Source of the DNA: Actinomycetes bacterium
GTDB lineage: Bacteria > Actinomycetota > Acidimicrobiia > Acidimicrobiales > RAAP-2
Reading direction: 5' to 3'
DNA length: 64,000 nt
Assembly: GCA_021779855.1 (NCBI GenBank)
Contig: JAJXZW010000005.1
Location: forward strand, 23,949-87,948
The notes beneath the pieces are model-generated. The model did no database searches. It saw only the letters and a list, made by a program, of their open reading frames with translations, and was not told the origin of the DNA. This document shows positions 43,218 through 52,708 of this stretch, piece by piece (position 1 is the stretch's first letter; every line of letters starts with the position of its first letter). The position numbers and the translations under genes are program-made.

Positions 43218-43445
43218 GGGACGCCCGCGCGTGGCCGTCCGGTGGCGTTCATGCCCCCGTCGGGGTTACGGGGGATCTTGCTCGAGCGACGCTCGACGGA
43301 TGAATGCACCCCGATGTAGCCGTGCCTCGTCACGTCTGGGCCGAAGAGGGCCGGTGATTCGTGGGTCTCCTGCTCACACGTCTCGGTCGTGCCGGAAACG
43401 GCACCACCCCCGGGGGCGACCGAGCCCGCTCAAGAGCGAACCGTC

Positions 43446-43484
43446 GGTGTCACACGGCCTCCCGGATAAGCCACTGTCCGTCAC
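43446..43484 (+). repeat. Second copy of the sequence just downstream of tRNA-Arg (38253-38291)
   Basis: GGTGTCACACGGCC.CCCGGAT....CACTGTCC.TCAC, 33/39 identical. Confidence 0.8.
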
Positions 43485-43821
43485 GGGAAACCCACCGCGC
43501 AAGACCCTCGGATGGGTGCCCCCATCGCAAAGGTTGGCCGAAGTGTTGCGTTGAGGGCCTGAGACCGCCGTCGATTCCTTGCGACATCAATGCGACAGCG
43601 AGACCCCTCTCGCGTCAATAGCCGTCTTAGGAACTGCACTAGCGCACGTCGCAGTCTACGCCCGACAACGCGCCCAGGGCCCGCACGAGCGCCTGCGTGC
43701 CGTCGCGCCCGCCGCCCTGGGCCTGGAGCGCGACGTCCACCCCCAGGCCGGTGCGACGCCGGCGGCGACGTGGTCACCGCCGCCACGCCGACCACCGCGA
43801 CCGCCTCGGCCTGCTCCGCGG

Positions 43822-44817
43822 TCAGGTCAGCACGTACCGGCCCCGGTCGTTCCCACTACGGGCCACACGGCCCTCGTCCTCGAGCAGGTCGAGGTGACCG
43901 ACCACCTCGGAGATGCCGAGCAGGACCGAGAAGTCCCGGGCCTCGGGGAACAGCTCCGAGGCGAGCTCGTAGACCGTGGCGTCCCCGAGGCGTCGGACGA
44001 GCCGGGCGATGTCGGCCGCCCGGCGCGCGTGATGGCGTCGCGTCGTGTGGACCAGGGTCGCGACGGCCGAGAAGCGAGGACCGTGGCCGGGCAGGACGAC
44101 CAGCGGATCGAGGCGGACGAAGCGCTCGAGGGAGGCGAGGTACTCGACGAGGCTCCGCCGCCGGCCGTCGGGATAGGCCGGGTCGGGCTCGAGCACCGGG
44201 TTCGGGGTGACCGAGGCGAGCAGGTGGTCGCCGGAGACGAGCACCCGAGCGTCCGCGTCGAAGAGCGAGACGTGGCCGACCGCGTGCCCGGGCGTCACGT
44301 GGACCCGCCAGTCTCGCCCGCCGGCGGCGAGCAGGTCACCGTCGTCGAGGAGGCGGAGGCGGCCCTCGTCGATCGGGTGGGCCAGGTGGCGGACGTCTTG
44401 GAAGAAGGCGCCGGCCGTGGCCCGCAGCGAATCGGGGAGCCCGAGCCGGCCGGCGAGCTCGAGGAGCGCCGGCCGATTGGCGGCGGCGCCGGTGACCTTG
44501 GGCACCTCGGCCCGCCCGCACAGGACCGGGGCGTCGGCCACCTCGGCGAGCCACCCGGCGGCGCCGAAGTGGTCCGGGTGGCCGTGGGTGACCACCACCT
44601 GATCGACGTCGGCCAGCTCCCGGCCGACCTCCCGGAGCGCGGCGGTCAGGATGTCGGTGCTGTCGGCCCACCGCATACCCGGATCGACCACGGTCAGGGG
44701 CTCATCGAGGAGGAGGTAGCAGTTGACGTCGCCCACGGGGAACGGCGTCGGCAGCGCCACGGCCACGATGCCCTCGGGCACGTGCTCGACCACCGGGGCC
44801 AGGAGCCGGGAGCTCAC
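43822..44817 (-). CDS. MBL-fold metallo-hydrolase
   Basis: THGHPDHFG, TPGHAVGH, SGDHLL, LPGHGP. Confidence 0.9.
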   Translation of the reverse strand: MSSRLLAPVVEHVPEGIVAVALPTPFPVGDVNCYLLLDEPLTVVDPGMRWADSTDILTAALREVGRELADVDQVVVTHGHPDHFGAAGWLAEVADAPVLCGRAEVPKVTGAAANRPALLELAGRLGLPDSLRATAGAFFQDVRHLAHPIDEGRLRLLDDGDLLAAGGRDWRVHVTPGHAVGHVSLFDADARVLVSGDHLLASVTPNPVLEPDPAYPDGRRRSLVEYLASLERFVRLDPLVVLPGHGPRFSAVATLVHTTRRHHARRAADIARLVRRLGDATVYELASELFPEARDFSVLLGISEVVGHLDLLEDEGRVARSGNDRGRYVLT

Positions 44818-45422
44818 GGCCTCGCCCGGCGGGCTTCGGGACCGGGGGCGGCGATGCCCGACCACAGGAGCGCTATGAGGCGCTCGGCGGTCGCGTCCAC
44901 GTCGATGCCCCCTCGGCTGAGCAGGGCCTGGAGCCCGACGGCCACGACCGAGCCGTAGACGGCGGTGGTGGCCACCTCCACGTCGAGCGCGACGAGGTCA
45001 CCGGCCTCGATGCCCTGGATGAGGATCTGGCGGACCGGAGCGTGGAAGGCGGCGTCGATGCCCGCCGCGATCGCCCCGATCCGCCCGGCCCGCCCGAGGT
45101 TCAACAACAGCAGCCGGGAGGCGCCCGGGTTGGCGGCCAGGTGCGCCAGCTGCGCCCGCACGACGGCCGCGAGGCGCCCTCGCGCGTCCCGCGCTCGTCC
45201 CTGCGCGATGGCCACCGACGCCTCCAGGTCGTCGAGCATGGTCCGCAGGACGAAGGCGAGCAGCTCCTCCTTGCCGGCGAAGTAGTAGTAGAGGGTCGCT
45301 CGGGGGATGCCGCTCGCCACCGCGACGTCCTCCATGCGGACGTCGTCGAACGTGACGGCGAAGCCCGACGCCCCCGACGCGAGCTGGGTCGCCAGCCGCT
45401 CCGGCACCGGTCGGGTGCTCAC
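44814..45422 (-). CDS. TetR family regulator
   Basis: MEDVAVASGIPRATLYYYFAGKEELL; start uncertain. Confidence 0.88.
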   Translation of the reverse strand: MSTRPVPERLATQLASGASGFAVTFDDVRMEDVAVASGIPRATLYYYFAGKEELLAFVLRTMLDDLEASVAIAQGRARDARGRLAAVVRAQLAHLAANPGASRLLLLNLGRAGRIGAIAAGIDAAFHAPVRQILIQGIEAGDLVALDVEVATTAVYGSVVAVGLQALLSRGGIDVDATAERLIALLWSGIAAPGPEARRARP

Positions 45423-45680
45423 GGCACGCTCCGCCCTGGACTGGACGCAGAGATTGAACGCACCGTCCAACCATAGATCCCGCGCCCCGGCGGCCCAACC
45501 CGCCCGCGCGGCGTCTCAGGGGTGCTCCCGGGGGATCGAGCGACGAACGGAGTCCACCCCGGGCGGGAGGATCGGGGGCGGCGCCGCGGCGAACTCCAGG
45601 GAGCGACCCGGCGGTCCGGGGCGGGCGTCGGCGCACGGCGACGCGGACCAGTCGGGTCAGGCTCGTGACGGGTCGCGCCG

Positions 45681-45783
45681 TAGGAGACTGTCGAACAAGT
45701 CGTGATCCGCCGTTTCGGTAAGCCTGTGAAGGGACTACAGCGCCGTGAGTCGGTGACCTTGGGACTGGTTCAACAGAGTCCTA
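45681..45783. mobile_element. MITE-like element / internally deleted IS
   Basis: Terminal inverted repeats TAGGAGACTGTCGAACAAGTC vs TAGGACTCTGTTGAACCAGTC (17/21), flanking TA/TAG duplication, no ORF. Confidence 0.6.
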
Positions 45784-45828
45784 GGCGGGCGACGACCTCA
45801 CGGGTTCGGCCCCGGGACCGGGTTCTCC

Positions 45829-47421
45829 TCACCGGGCGTGCGCGAGATCCTCCTCCGTGACCGGCCGGGTGACGAAGGCGCCGACCACGGCGGTCGCCAC
45901 GCAGACGATCAGGGCGACGAGGAGCGCCAGGTGGAGACCGGACATGAACGCGGCGTGGCTGGCCGACGTGATGGCGACCCGCAGCGGCGCGGGCTCGCCG
46001 CCACCGATGGGCGCCAGGCCCTGGGCGACCAGTTGCTTGGCCGCGCCCAGCTGACGAGCGGTCGGGAAAGGGACGCCGGCGCTGCGAAGGGCCGGGACGA
46101 AGGTCGCGCCCACCCGGGTCGTGAGGATCGAGCCGAGCACGCTCGCTCCGAGGGCTCCCCCGACCTGGAGGCCGGTCGCCTGGAGGCCGCCGGCGATGCC
46201 CGCCTCGGTCGGCGGCGCGCTGGCGACGATGGCATCCGAGGCCGCCACGATCACGATGCCGACCCCGAGCCCGACGAGGACGAACGCCGGCCAGAGGTGC
46301 ACGTAGGACGACTCGGCGCGCAAGGTGAGGAGCAGTCCGAACGCGACCGACATGGCAATCATCCCGATCGGGATGGCGACGTGCGGCCCGAGCCGCTCGT
46401 TGAGCAGGGCCCCGAGCGGCGCCGCGACGGCGAAGATGGCCGTGAGCGGCAGCAGGCGGAGCCCGGCGGCCACCGGGTCGTAGCCGTGGACGTTCTCGAG
46501 GTAGAGGGTGACGAAGAAGAGGACCCCGAACATGGCGAAGAAGGCCAGGGTCACCGCGGCCGTGCCGAGCGGGAGCGACCGCCGCCGGAAGAGGGCCGGC
46601 GGCAGGAGCGGCGCGCGAACCCGGCGCTCGACGATGGCGCACACCACGAGCAGCGCCAGGCCGCCGAGCAGGAGGAGCAGCGTGCTCGCCGCGCCCCAAC
46701 CCCACGACTCGGCCTTCACGATCGCGAACACCACGCAGAACAGCCCCGCGCCGAGGGCGAGCAGACCGGGCCCGTCGATGGGTCTCGGGTGCGGATCACG
46801 GCTCTCGAGCAGGACGAGCGCCCCGACGACGAGCGCCAGGGCGCCGATGGGCACGTTGATGTAGAAGACCGACTCCCACGACACGTGCTCGACGAGCGCC
46901 CCGGCCACGATCGGGCCGGCGGCGATCGACACGGCCGACGCGCTGCCCCAGATGCCGATCGCCTGGTTGAGCCGCTCGGGGGGGAAGGTGTTGCGCAAGA
47001 TGGCGAGCGTGTTCGGCAAGATGATCGCACCGAACAGGCCCTGGACGGCGCGGAAGGCGATCACGCCGCCGATCGAGCCGATCTCGCCGACGGCGAGCGA
47101 GGAGAGGGCGAACCCGACCACGCCGACGAGGAAGAGGCGTCGGCGCCCGAGGCGGTCCCCCACCATGCCCATCGGGATGAGCGCCACCGCCAGGACGAGC
47201 AGGTAGGCGTTCGTCACCCACTGGAGGTCGGCGAGCGATCCGTGCAAGGAGCGCGCGATGTAGGGGTTGGCGACGGCGACCACGGTGGCGTCGAGACCCA
47301 CCATGATGACGCCGAAGGCGATCGCCACGAGGACGAGCGCCGGGCGTCCCCTCCTCGGACCGACCGTGCCTCCCCGCCGGGATGCGCCACGGCGTCCGTC
47401 GCTCAGGCGCGTGTGGTCCAT
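45829..47421 (-). CDS. DHA2 (EmrB/QacA) 14-TM MFS efflux pump
   Basis: LDATVVAVANP, QWVTNAYLL, GDRLGRRR, WESVFYINVPIG. Confidence 0.92.
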   Translation of the reverse strand: MDHTRLSDGRRGASRRGGTVGPRRGRPALVLVAIAFGVIMVGLDATVVAVANPYIARSLHGSLADLQWVTNAYLLVLAVALIPMGMVGDRLGRRRLFLVGVVGFALSSLAVGEIGSIGGVIAFRAVQGLFGAIILPNTLAILRNTFPPERLNQAIGIWGSASAVSIAAGPIVAGALVEHVSWESVFYINVPIGALALVVGALVLLESRDPHPRPIDGPGLLALGAGLFCVVFAIVKAESWGWGAASTLLLLLGGLALLVVCAIVERRVRAPLLPPALFRRRSLPLGTAAVTLAFFAMFGVLFFVTLYLENVHGYDPVAAGLRLLPLTAIFAVAAPLGALLNERLGPHVAIPIGMIAMSVAFGLLLTLRAESSYVHLWPAFVLVGLGVGIVIVAASDAIVASAPPTEAGIAGGLQATGLQVGGALGASVLGSILTTRVGATFVPALRSAGVPFPTARQLGAAKQLVAQGLAPIGGGEPAPLRVAITSASHAAFMSGLHLALLVALIVCVATAVVGAFVTRPVTEEDLAHAR

Positions 47422-47497
47422 CCGGACCTCGACGGTAGCTCCGGGGCGCGACCTCGCCGGTCGAGGGACGGGACCACCCACCGACCCACGCGCCCGC

Positions 47498-49201
47498 TCA
47501 CGGGGACGAACGTCCCGTGAGCGCATCGCCGACGTCGGCGGCGGTCCCGTCGGCCCGGACGATGTAGACGTCACACGACGCGGCGCGCACCAAGTCGGCG
47601 GTCGCGCTGGCGTCGAACAGCCGGGCGAGGCCGCCGTGGTGCGGCGGGCCGGTCACGATGAGCCGGGCGTCGTGCTCCTCGGCGAACGCGGCGACTCGCC
47701 GGCCGACGTCCCCGTGGCTGCCCACGACGCGCAGGAGGTGCCCGCTGACCGGAATCCCCGCGTCCTCGAGGCGACGCAGCGCCTCGGTCGCCGCGAGGGC
47801 CGCCGTCGCCGCGGGCTCCGAGTCGGCGGCGTCCTCCACGGCGACGTCGGTTTCGATGACGTGGAGCACCTCGACGGGGGCGCCCAGCAGGCGGGCGAGG
47901 TCGCTGGTCGCCCGGATGACGGCGGTCGCGTCGTCGACTCCGTCCAGCGCCAGGACGACGGGCCGACCGAGGGGCGGCACCGCCCGACCCGGCGGGACCT
48001 CTCCGACCACCTGCTCCTCCCCCCCCGCCTCGGCCGCGTCGAGCAGCCGGTGGCCGCTGGCGAGGACCGCGATGGCGACCGCCACCGTTCCGGCGCCGAG
48101 GTAGAAGGGGACGTGGACGTCGAAGTGCGCGGCGAGCCGGGCCGCCACGTAGGGGGCGAGGCCGCCGCCGATGAAGCGGACGAACCCGTAGGCGGCCGAC
48201 GCCGTGGGACGCTCGACGGGGGAGACGAGCATGACGGCCTGGGTGGTGAGGGTGTTGTTGAGCCCCACGAAGGCGCCCGAGATGATGACGGCGACGACGA
48301 GCACCGCCCGGTGGGAGGTGAACGCCCCGATCACGACGAGGTCGATGGCGAGGAGGGCGAGGTTCACGTACAGCGTCCTGGGGGTGCCGAAGCGCTGCTG
48401 GAGGCGCGGGGCGACGAACACGGCGAAGACGGCGACGAGCACCCCCCAGCCGGTGAAGGTGTAGCCGAGGTCGTGGATGCTGAGGTGCATCGGGAACGGG
48501 GTGTACGCCAGCAGGGTGAAGAAGCCCCAGTTGTAGAGCAGGGCGGTGACGCTCATGGTGCCGAGCCCGCGGTGACGCAGCGCCGCGAGGGGTTCGACGA
48601 TCGAGGTCCGCCGCGCCGGCTTGGGCGTCTTGTCGACCAGCACCAGGGTGGCGATGAGCGAGATCGCCATCAGGGTGGTGACGCCGAAGAACGGCCCCCG
48701 CCAGGAGATCCCCCCCAACTCGCCGCCGACGAGGGGCCCGAGGCCGATGCCGACGCCGAGCGCGGTCTCGTACAAGACGATGGCCCCGGCGAAACCGCCG
48801 CTGGCCGAGGCGACGATGACCGCCAGCGACGTGGCGATGAACAGGGCGTTGCCGAGCCCCCAGCCGGCCCGGAAGCCGATGATGCCGTCGATGCTGCCCG
48901 AGGCGCCCGCCAGGGCGCTGAACACCACGATGAGCACCAACCCGACGACGAGCGTGCGCTTGGCGCCGATGCGGCTCGAGACGAACCCGGTCACGAGCAT
49001 GGCGACGGCCGTCACCACCAGGTAGCTCGTGAACAGCAGCTCGACGCTGCTCGGCGAGGCCTTCAGCTGCTTGGCGAGCGCCGGAAGGATCGGGTCGACG
49101 AGCCCGATGCCCATGAACGACACCACGCAGGCGAAGGCCACCGCCCACACCGCCTTGGGCTGGCGGAACGGGCTGGCGGCGGCGCCGTGGGCGGTGCTCA
49201 C
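47498..49201 (-). CDS. MFS transporter fused to C-terminal universal stress protein domain
   Basis: 12-TM MFS (AVWAVAFACVVSFMGIGLVDPILP) then RPVVLALDG...VLHV...ARLIVTG...LVRAASCDVYIVR. Confidence 0.85.
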   Translation of the reverse strand: MSTAHGAAASPFRQPKAVWAVAFACVVSFMGIGLVDPILPALAKQLKASPSSVELLFTSYLVVTAVAMLVTGFVSSRIGAKRTLVVGLVLIVVFSALAGASGSIDGIIGFRAGWGLGNALFIATSLAVIVASASGGFAGAIVLYETALGVGIGLGPLVGGELGGISWRGPFFGVTTLMAISLIATLVLVDKTPKPARRTSIVEPLAALRHRGLGTMSVTALLYNWGFFTLLAYTPFPMHLSIHDLGYTFTGWGVLVAVFAVFVAPRLQQRFGTPRTLYVNLALLAIDLVVIGAFTSHRAVLVVAVIISGAFVGLNNTLTTQAVMLVSPVERPTASAAYGFVRFIGGGLAPYVAARLAAHFDVHVPFYLGAGTVAVAIAVLASGHRLLDAAEAGGEEQVVGEVPPGRAVPPLGRPVVLALDGVDDATAVIRATSDLARLLGAPVEVLHVIETDVAVEDAADSEPAATAALAATEALRRLEDAGIPVSGHLLRVVGSHGDVGRRVAAFAEEHDARLIVTGPPHHGGLARLFDASATADLVRAASCDVYIVRADGTAADVGDALTGRSSP

Positions 49202-49656
49202 CGCGGCACCAACGAGGTGGCGGCGGGCGCGACGTCGAAGGGCCCGAGGTCGCCCAGGGCCTCGAGGTCGCCCTGGGCGTCTCGGAGGCGCCGGGTCACC
49301 TCGGCGGGCAGGCGGGCGAGGAGACCGGCGACGACGTCGGCACCGGTCTCCCGGCGAGCGGCCACGAGCCGCCCGCCGGCGGCGGTCAGAGCGACGAGCA
49401 CCACCCGGCCGTCGTCCTCATCGGGCCGCCGTTCGACGAGCCCGTCGTGCTCGAGGCGACTGACGAGCGCCGTCGCGGACGGCTGGGACACGCCCGTGAG
49501 GGCGGCGAGCCGGGTGAGCCGGAGGGGACCGAGGCGCTCGAGCGCGTGGAGCACCGAGGCGGCCGTCAGGCTGACGTCGCGGGGCATCTGGCGCACGACC
49601 AGCGACGCCACGCCGTAGAGGGCGCGGGCGAGATCTCGCTCACTCCCTCGGGCCAT
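49198..49656 (-). CDS. MarR family regulator
   Basis: LTRLAALTGVSQPSATALVSRLEHDGLVERRPDEDDGRVVLVALT. Confidence 0.9.
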   Translation of the reverse strand: MARGSERDLARALYGVASLVVRQMPRDVSLTAASVLHALERLGPLRLTRLAALTGVSQPSATALVSRLEHDGLVERRPDEDDGRVVLVALTAAGGRLVAARRETGADVVAGLLARLPAEVTRRLRDAQGDLEALGDLGPFDVAPAATSLVPR

Positions 49657-49668
49657 CCACTTAGGGTA

Positions 49669-49680
49669 CTCTATATAGAG
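49669..49680. promoter_or_regulatory. Palindromic operator / shared -10 region in a 30-bp divergent gap
   Basis: CTCTATATAGAG, a perfect 12-bp palindrome. Confidence 0.6.
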
Positions 49681-49686
49681 GACGCT

Positions 49687-50361
49687 ATGGAAGACGCCCG
49701 GCAGCCAGTTCGACCAGTGGTGACCATCTCGGCGGCCTACGGCGCCGGGGGTGGCTTCATCGGGCCCCAGGTGGCCGACCGTCTCGGCGTCACCTTCATC
49801 GACCGGGCGGTCTCGGCCGAGGTGGCGGCCGAGATGGCCGAGCGGACCGAGGCCGTCGAGGGCTTCGAGGACGAGATGGGCGACACCGTGACCCGCTGGC
49901 TGACGCTGTTCGCCGGCACCGCGGGGATCTTCGGCATGACCTCTCCCGACGACTACCAGTTCCACGACGAGCGCTCCTACAAGGAGCACGTGGACACCGT
50001 GCTCCACCGCGAGGCCCTCGGCGGGGCCGTCATCTTGGGGCGGGGCGGCCAGGTCGTGCTGCACACCATCCCCGCCGCCCTCCACGTCCGCCTCGACGGC
50101 CCCGTCGAGCGACGCATCGCCCAGGCGGTCGAGTTCAGCGGCATCTCCGAGCCGGACGCCCGCCGGGCCCAGCGCCACATCGACGCCGCGCGCCACCGCT
50201 ACGTCAGCCGGCTGTACCACGCCAACGTGGCCGATCCCCGCTGGTACCACCTCGTCATCGACGCCACCGCCGTGCCTTGGGCGACGTGCGTGGAGATCAT
50301 CGTGACCGCGATTGAGGGGCGGGACCAGATCCGCCGCCTCGGATCACCCACGACGAGGTGA
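49687..50361 (+). CDS. Cytidylate kinase-like family protein
   Basis: VTISAAYGAGG, AVILGRGG, LHVRLDGP, YHLVIDAT. Confidence 0.85.
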   Translation: MEDARQPVRPVVTISAAYGAGGGFIGPQVADRLGVTFIDRAVSAEVAAEMAERTEAVEGFEDEMGDTVTRWLTLFAGTAGIFGMTSPDDYQFHDERSYKEHVDTVLHREALGGAVILGRGGQVVLHTIPAALHVRLDGPVERRIAQAVEFSGISEPDARRAQRHIDAARHRYVSRLYHANVADPRWYHLVIDATAVPWATCVEIIVTAIEGRDQIRRLGSPTTR

Positions 50362-50764
50362 GCCGAGCGCTCGACCGGCCCCGGTCGAGCCGCGCGGAGG
50401 CCGGTGCGCGGCTCGCCTGGTGCTGAGGTGCCGCCGGCCCCCACCAGAACCAGCCCTCGCCGCCGCGGCGGCGGCGAGGTGGTCGGACGCCAAGGGAGCC
50501 GGCGAGCGGCCGCCCGGGATCGAACCGGGACCGGACCCTTTCCCGACGACCGGGCACCCGGCGCCGCCACCGTGGCCTCGCACCCCGCCGGCCCGGGCCG
50601 GCGGGCGTGACGGACCGAACTGAGGTCGAGCGCCGAGGCGCCCAGGTGCCGGCCGGGCTCGACGCCGGGCTCGACGAGCTCCGGCACGGCGCCGGCCCGC
50701 GGGGCCTGGGCGCTCCCGCCGCCCGAGGGCGAAGGCTCCCTTCAGCGCAGCCGACCGGCCCTCA

Positions 50765-52708
50765 TCACCCCAGGGAGTCGTCGAGCCGGGCGCCGGGGGC
50801 GATGTCGCCGTCGGCGGCCAGCTCGGCGTCGCCGTTGTGGCTGGCCCCGTTGGACACGGCCCTCTCACGGAACGGATCGGACCCGTTGCCATTGGCGGTG
50901 CCTCCTCCGACCCCATCGACGTGCGCCCGTCCGGCGTCCTCGCCCCCGGCGCCCGCGACGGCGACGGCGACGGCCGCCGCCTCGCGCACACCGTGGTCGA
51001 GGGTGGACCCCGCCTCTTCGTGGACGAAGTGCTTACCCCGCAGCGCCGACGCCAGCGCGGCGATGACGCTCATCACCGCGGCGAAGCTCAAGATCAGCAC
51101 GAGGCCGTGCTTGAACGGCGCGCCGATCAGCTGGGGGAAGAACGCCCGGCCGGTGAGGGTGGCCGCCTGGTGGGCGGGCAAGGCCGAGAGCACCTTGGAC
51201 CCGAGGAGCTGCTTCAGGGGGTTGTAGCCCAAGAAGGCGGCGAACAGGTAGCCGAGGGGCGGTAGGTGCGACAACTGGCCGGCGACGGTCGCCGGCACGC
51301 CGTGGGCCACGAGGCCCTGGTGCATGGCGGCCGGCACCTTGGAGTTGAGCCCCAGCACCATGAGGGTGAAGAAGAGCCCCATCGACAGCGGCATGCCCAC
51401 GTTGCCGAAGGTGACCCGCATGCCCGAGCCCACGCCCCGCTCGCGGGCGGGGAGCGAGTTCATGATGGAGGCGGTGTTCGGCGAGGCGAAGAGCCCCATG
51501 GCGATGCCGCTCAACAGCATGACCAGGGCGAAGGGCACGTAGGAGAAGTTCGGCGGGAAGGCCATCATGACCAGGTACGACACCGCCGACAGCACCATCC
51601 CCACCGTGGCGAAGGGCCGCGCCCCGTAGCGGTCCGACAGCTTGCCCGAGATCGGTCCGGCGAGGACGAATCCCCCCATCCACGGCAGCATGTAGATACC
51701 CGACCACAGCGGGGTGTTCACGAAGTCGTAGCCGTGCTGGGGGAGCCAGATGCCCTGGAACCAGATGATGAGCATGAACTGCATGCCGCCCCGTCCCACC
51801 GCCCCCAAGAACTGGGCCAGGTTGCCAGCGGTGAACGCCCGGTTGCGGAAGAGCGACAGGCGGAACATCGGCTCCTTTACGCGTAGCTCGACGATCACGA
51901 ACACGATGAGGAGCGCCAGGCCGCCGAATATCATCTCCAGGACGAACGGGTTCGACCAGCCCGTGAGCGAGTGGCCGTAGGGCTTGATCCCGTAGGTGAC
52001 GCCCACCAGCACCATCGCGAGACCCGCGGCGAAGGCGACGTTGCCCGCCCAGTCGAGCTTGGCCTTGACGTGGATGCCGATCTCCTTCAGCTTCATGTAC
52101 GCCCAGATGGTGCCGAAGATGCCGATGGGCACGTTCACCAGGAAGACCCAGCGCCACCCCACCTTGGAGAGCAGACCGCCCGCCAGGATGCCGAAGAAGC
52201 TCCCGAAGATGGAGGCGACCATGTTCGTGCCGAGGGCGAGGCCGAGCTGCTCGGTGGGGAAGGCGTCGGTGATGATGGCCGCGGAGTTCGCCATGAGCAG
52301 CGCACCGCCGATCGCCTGGAACATCCGCAGGAAGACCAGCTCCAGGGCGCCGGCCGAGCCGTGACTCCACACGAGTGAGAGCAGGATCGAGCCGAGCGTG
52401 AAGACGGCGAAGCCGAGGTTGTACATCCGCACCCGGCCGAACATGTCCCCGATGCGCCCCACCGCCACCACCAGCACCGCCGTTACCAGCATGTAGCCCA
52501 TCAGGATCCACAGCAGGTAGGGGAAGTTCGACGGATCGAGCGGGTTGAGGTTGATGCCCCGGAAGATGACCGGCAGGGCGATGATCAAGCTAGTGGCGTT
52601 CATCGAGGCGAGGATGACCCCGATCGTGGTGTTGGAGAGGACCACCCACTTGTAGTGCGGCCCCACCTGGGTGGTGCGGGGCGCCGACAGTCTCGAGAGC
52701 ATGCTCAT
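50765..52708 (-). CDS. MFS transporter (DHA2-like) with low-complexity C-terminal tail
   Basis: YKWVVLSNTTIG, GRIGDMFGRVRMY, WRWVFLVNVPIG. Confidence 0.92.
   Translation of the reverse strand: MSMLSRLSAPRTTQVGPHYKWVVLSNTTIGVILASMNATSLIIALPVIFRGINLNPLDPSNFPYLLWILMGYMLVTAVLVVAVGRIGDMFGRVRMYNLGFAVFTLGSILLSLVWSHGSAGALELVFLRMFQAIGGALLMANSAAIITDAFPTEQLGLALGTNMVASIFGSFFGILAGGLLSKVGWRWVFLVNVPIGIFGTIWAYMKLKEIGIHVKAKLDWAGNVAFAAGLAMVLVGVTYGIKPYGHSLTGWSNPFVLEMIFGGLALLIVFVIVELRVKEPMFRLSLFRNRAFTAGNLAQFLGAVGRGGMQFMLIIWFQGIWLPQHGYDFVNTPLWSGIYMLPWMGGFVLAGPISGKLSDRYGARPFATVGMVLSAVSYLVMMAFPPNFSYVPFALVMLLSGIAMGLFASPNTASIMNSLPARERGVGSGMRVTFGNVGMPLSMGLFFTLMVLGLNSKVPAAMHQGLVAHGVPATVAGQLSHLPPLGYLFAAFLGYNPLKQLLGSKVLSALPAHQAATLTGRAFFPQLIGAPFKHGLVLILSFAAVMSVIAALASALRGKHFVHEEAGSTLDHGVREAAAVAVAVAGAGGEDAGRAHVDGVGGGTANGNGSDPFRERAVSNGASHNGDAELAADGDIAPGARLDDSLG

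Noticed and set aside
43640-43821. Coding-like frameshifted patch on the minus strand after the MBL gene
   Set aside because: Could not be assigned to any family; no clear start
43822-44817. MBL hydrolase as the missing persulfide dioxygenase
   Set aside because: Has the HxHxDH motif and long C-terminus of generic MBL hydrolases, is TetR-linked and lies about 9 kb from the sulfur locus
38233-45800. CRISPR array, integron or intact integrase/transposase in the accessory region
   Set aside because: No regularly spaced repeats and no recognisable recombinase or transposase motifs in any frame
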